IMG/VR virus record: IMGVR_UViG_3300031994_000070
DNA: 64,000 nucleotides
Source of the DNA: an uncultured virus (IMG/VR IMGVR_UViG_3300031994_000070)
Taxonomy: Duplodnaviria; Heunggongvirae; Uroviricota; Caudoviricetes
Reading direction: 5' to 3' (one strand)
The position numbers were made by a program, and so were the translations under genes. Below, piece by piece: positions 63,473-64,000 of this stretch (position 1 is the stretch's first letter; every line of letters starts with the position of its first letter). The notes beneath the pieces are model-generated. The model saw only the letters and a program-made list of their open reading frames with translations, was not told the DNA's origin and did no database searches.

Positions 63473-63547
63473 CTTTTTCTGTTTCTCCTTCTGCTCAATT
63501 TTACTATTTTTTTTAATGAAAAAAAAATAATTTCTCGATGTGAGAAA

Positions 63548-63952
63548 TTATTTAGTTAAGACCATAAATCCTAAATTATATATCCATATATCTTTATCAT
63601 CAACTTTGAAATGGGTGAAATCTTGATGTTGTTCAACAATAGTAATAGTAGTGCCAGTAAAAAAATGTAATGGGGCGCCAGTAGTGGTAAAAATAGTTAA
63701 AATTTTATTACCGCCTACATATGCGTCATTAACTTCTTCTGACCATATTTCCTTAAAAGCTGATACGTCTATAGATTTTGAAGTTGAATCATCAAAAATA
63801 ATAACGGGCACGTGGCTTAATGTTAATTTTTGACCAGCGCCAGAGGTTATAGAAATCCACTCACCTATATCGTTATATTGAACATCAACTTGTGAATAAA
63901 ATAATTTAATTGGACTTGTTTCTATTGTGTTTAATATCTTAATGTTATACAT
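63548..63952 (-). CDS. Hypothetical protein
   Basis: Start is probably ATG 63952; the upstream ATG lies in a hairpin/T-tract. Confidence 0.55.
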   Translation of the reverse strand: MYNIKILNTIETSPIKLFYSQVDVQYNDIGEWISITSGAGQKLTLSHVPVIIFDDSTSKSIDVSAFKEIWSEEVNDAYVGGNKILTIFTTTGAPLHFFTGTTITIVEQHQDFTHFKVDDKDIWIYNLGFMVLTK

Positions 63953-64000
63953 AGCAAAAAAAAAGAGGGCGCAATGGCCCATGGTGAATAAGTACTGGTG

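Noticed and set aside
3950..63833. Short antisense or off-frame ORFs in the track (e.g. 3950-4222, 15942-16433, 21638-21970, 25652-25846, 26663-27091, 39214-39633)
   Set aside because: They lie opposite or within well-supported genes or the tRNA, lack RBSs, and show no recognisable motifs.
1..64000. CRISPR array, diversity-generating retroelement, integrase or IS element, intein, release factor or TrpRS gene
   Set aside because: I saw no spaced direct repeats, reverse transcriptase, adenine-variant repeat pair, recombinase or transposase motifs, oversize enzymes, or GGQ / HIGH-KMSKS proteins. They may lie outside the window.

Overview
This 64 kb window is part of a large AT-rich lytic dsDNA bacteriophage genome. 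The host is probably a walled anaerobic Bacillota (inferred from peptidoglycan hydrolases, class III RNR, SigA-type promoters and a Bacillus-like tRNA-Trp body). The + strand (1-25.8 kb) carries virion, tail and receptor-binding genes plus a holin-lysin pair. The - strand (25.9-64 kb) carries replication, nucleotide metabolism, RNA repair, ClpP, gyrase, a sigma factor and a second lysis set. The phage reads TGA as Trp (code 4): many short ORFs in the supplied track join into long genes, TGA sits at positions where paralogues have TGG, and no convincing gene ends in TGA. Three observations stand out. (1) The UGA-reading tRNA at 25729-25823 has two tandem anticodon arms, UCA in the normal position and a second 5-bp/7-nt arm carrying CCA. 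(2) TGA codons are largely confined to tail/adhesin, lysis and nuclease genes and are absent from core replication genes. (3) dnaE is interrupted in its PHP motif by TCT-TAA-A-TCT, the layout of a matched-codon 7-nt ribosomal hop. All translations, counts and family assignments were made by eye, without database searches.
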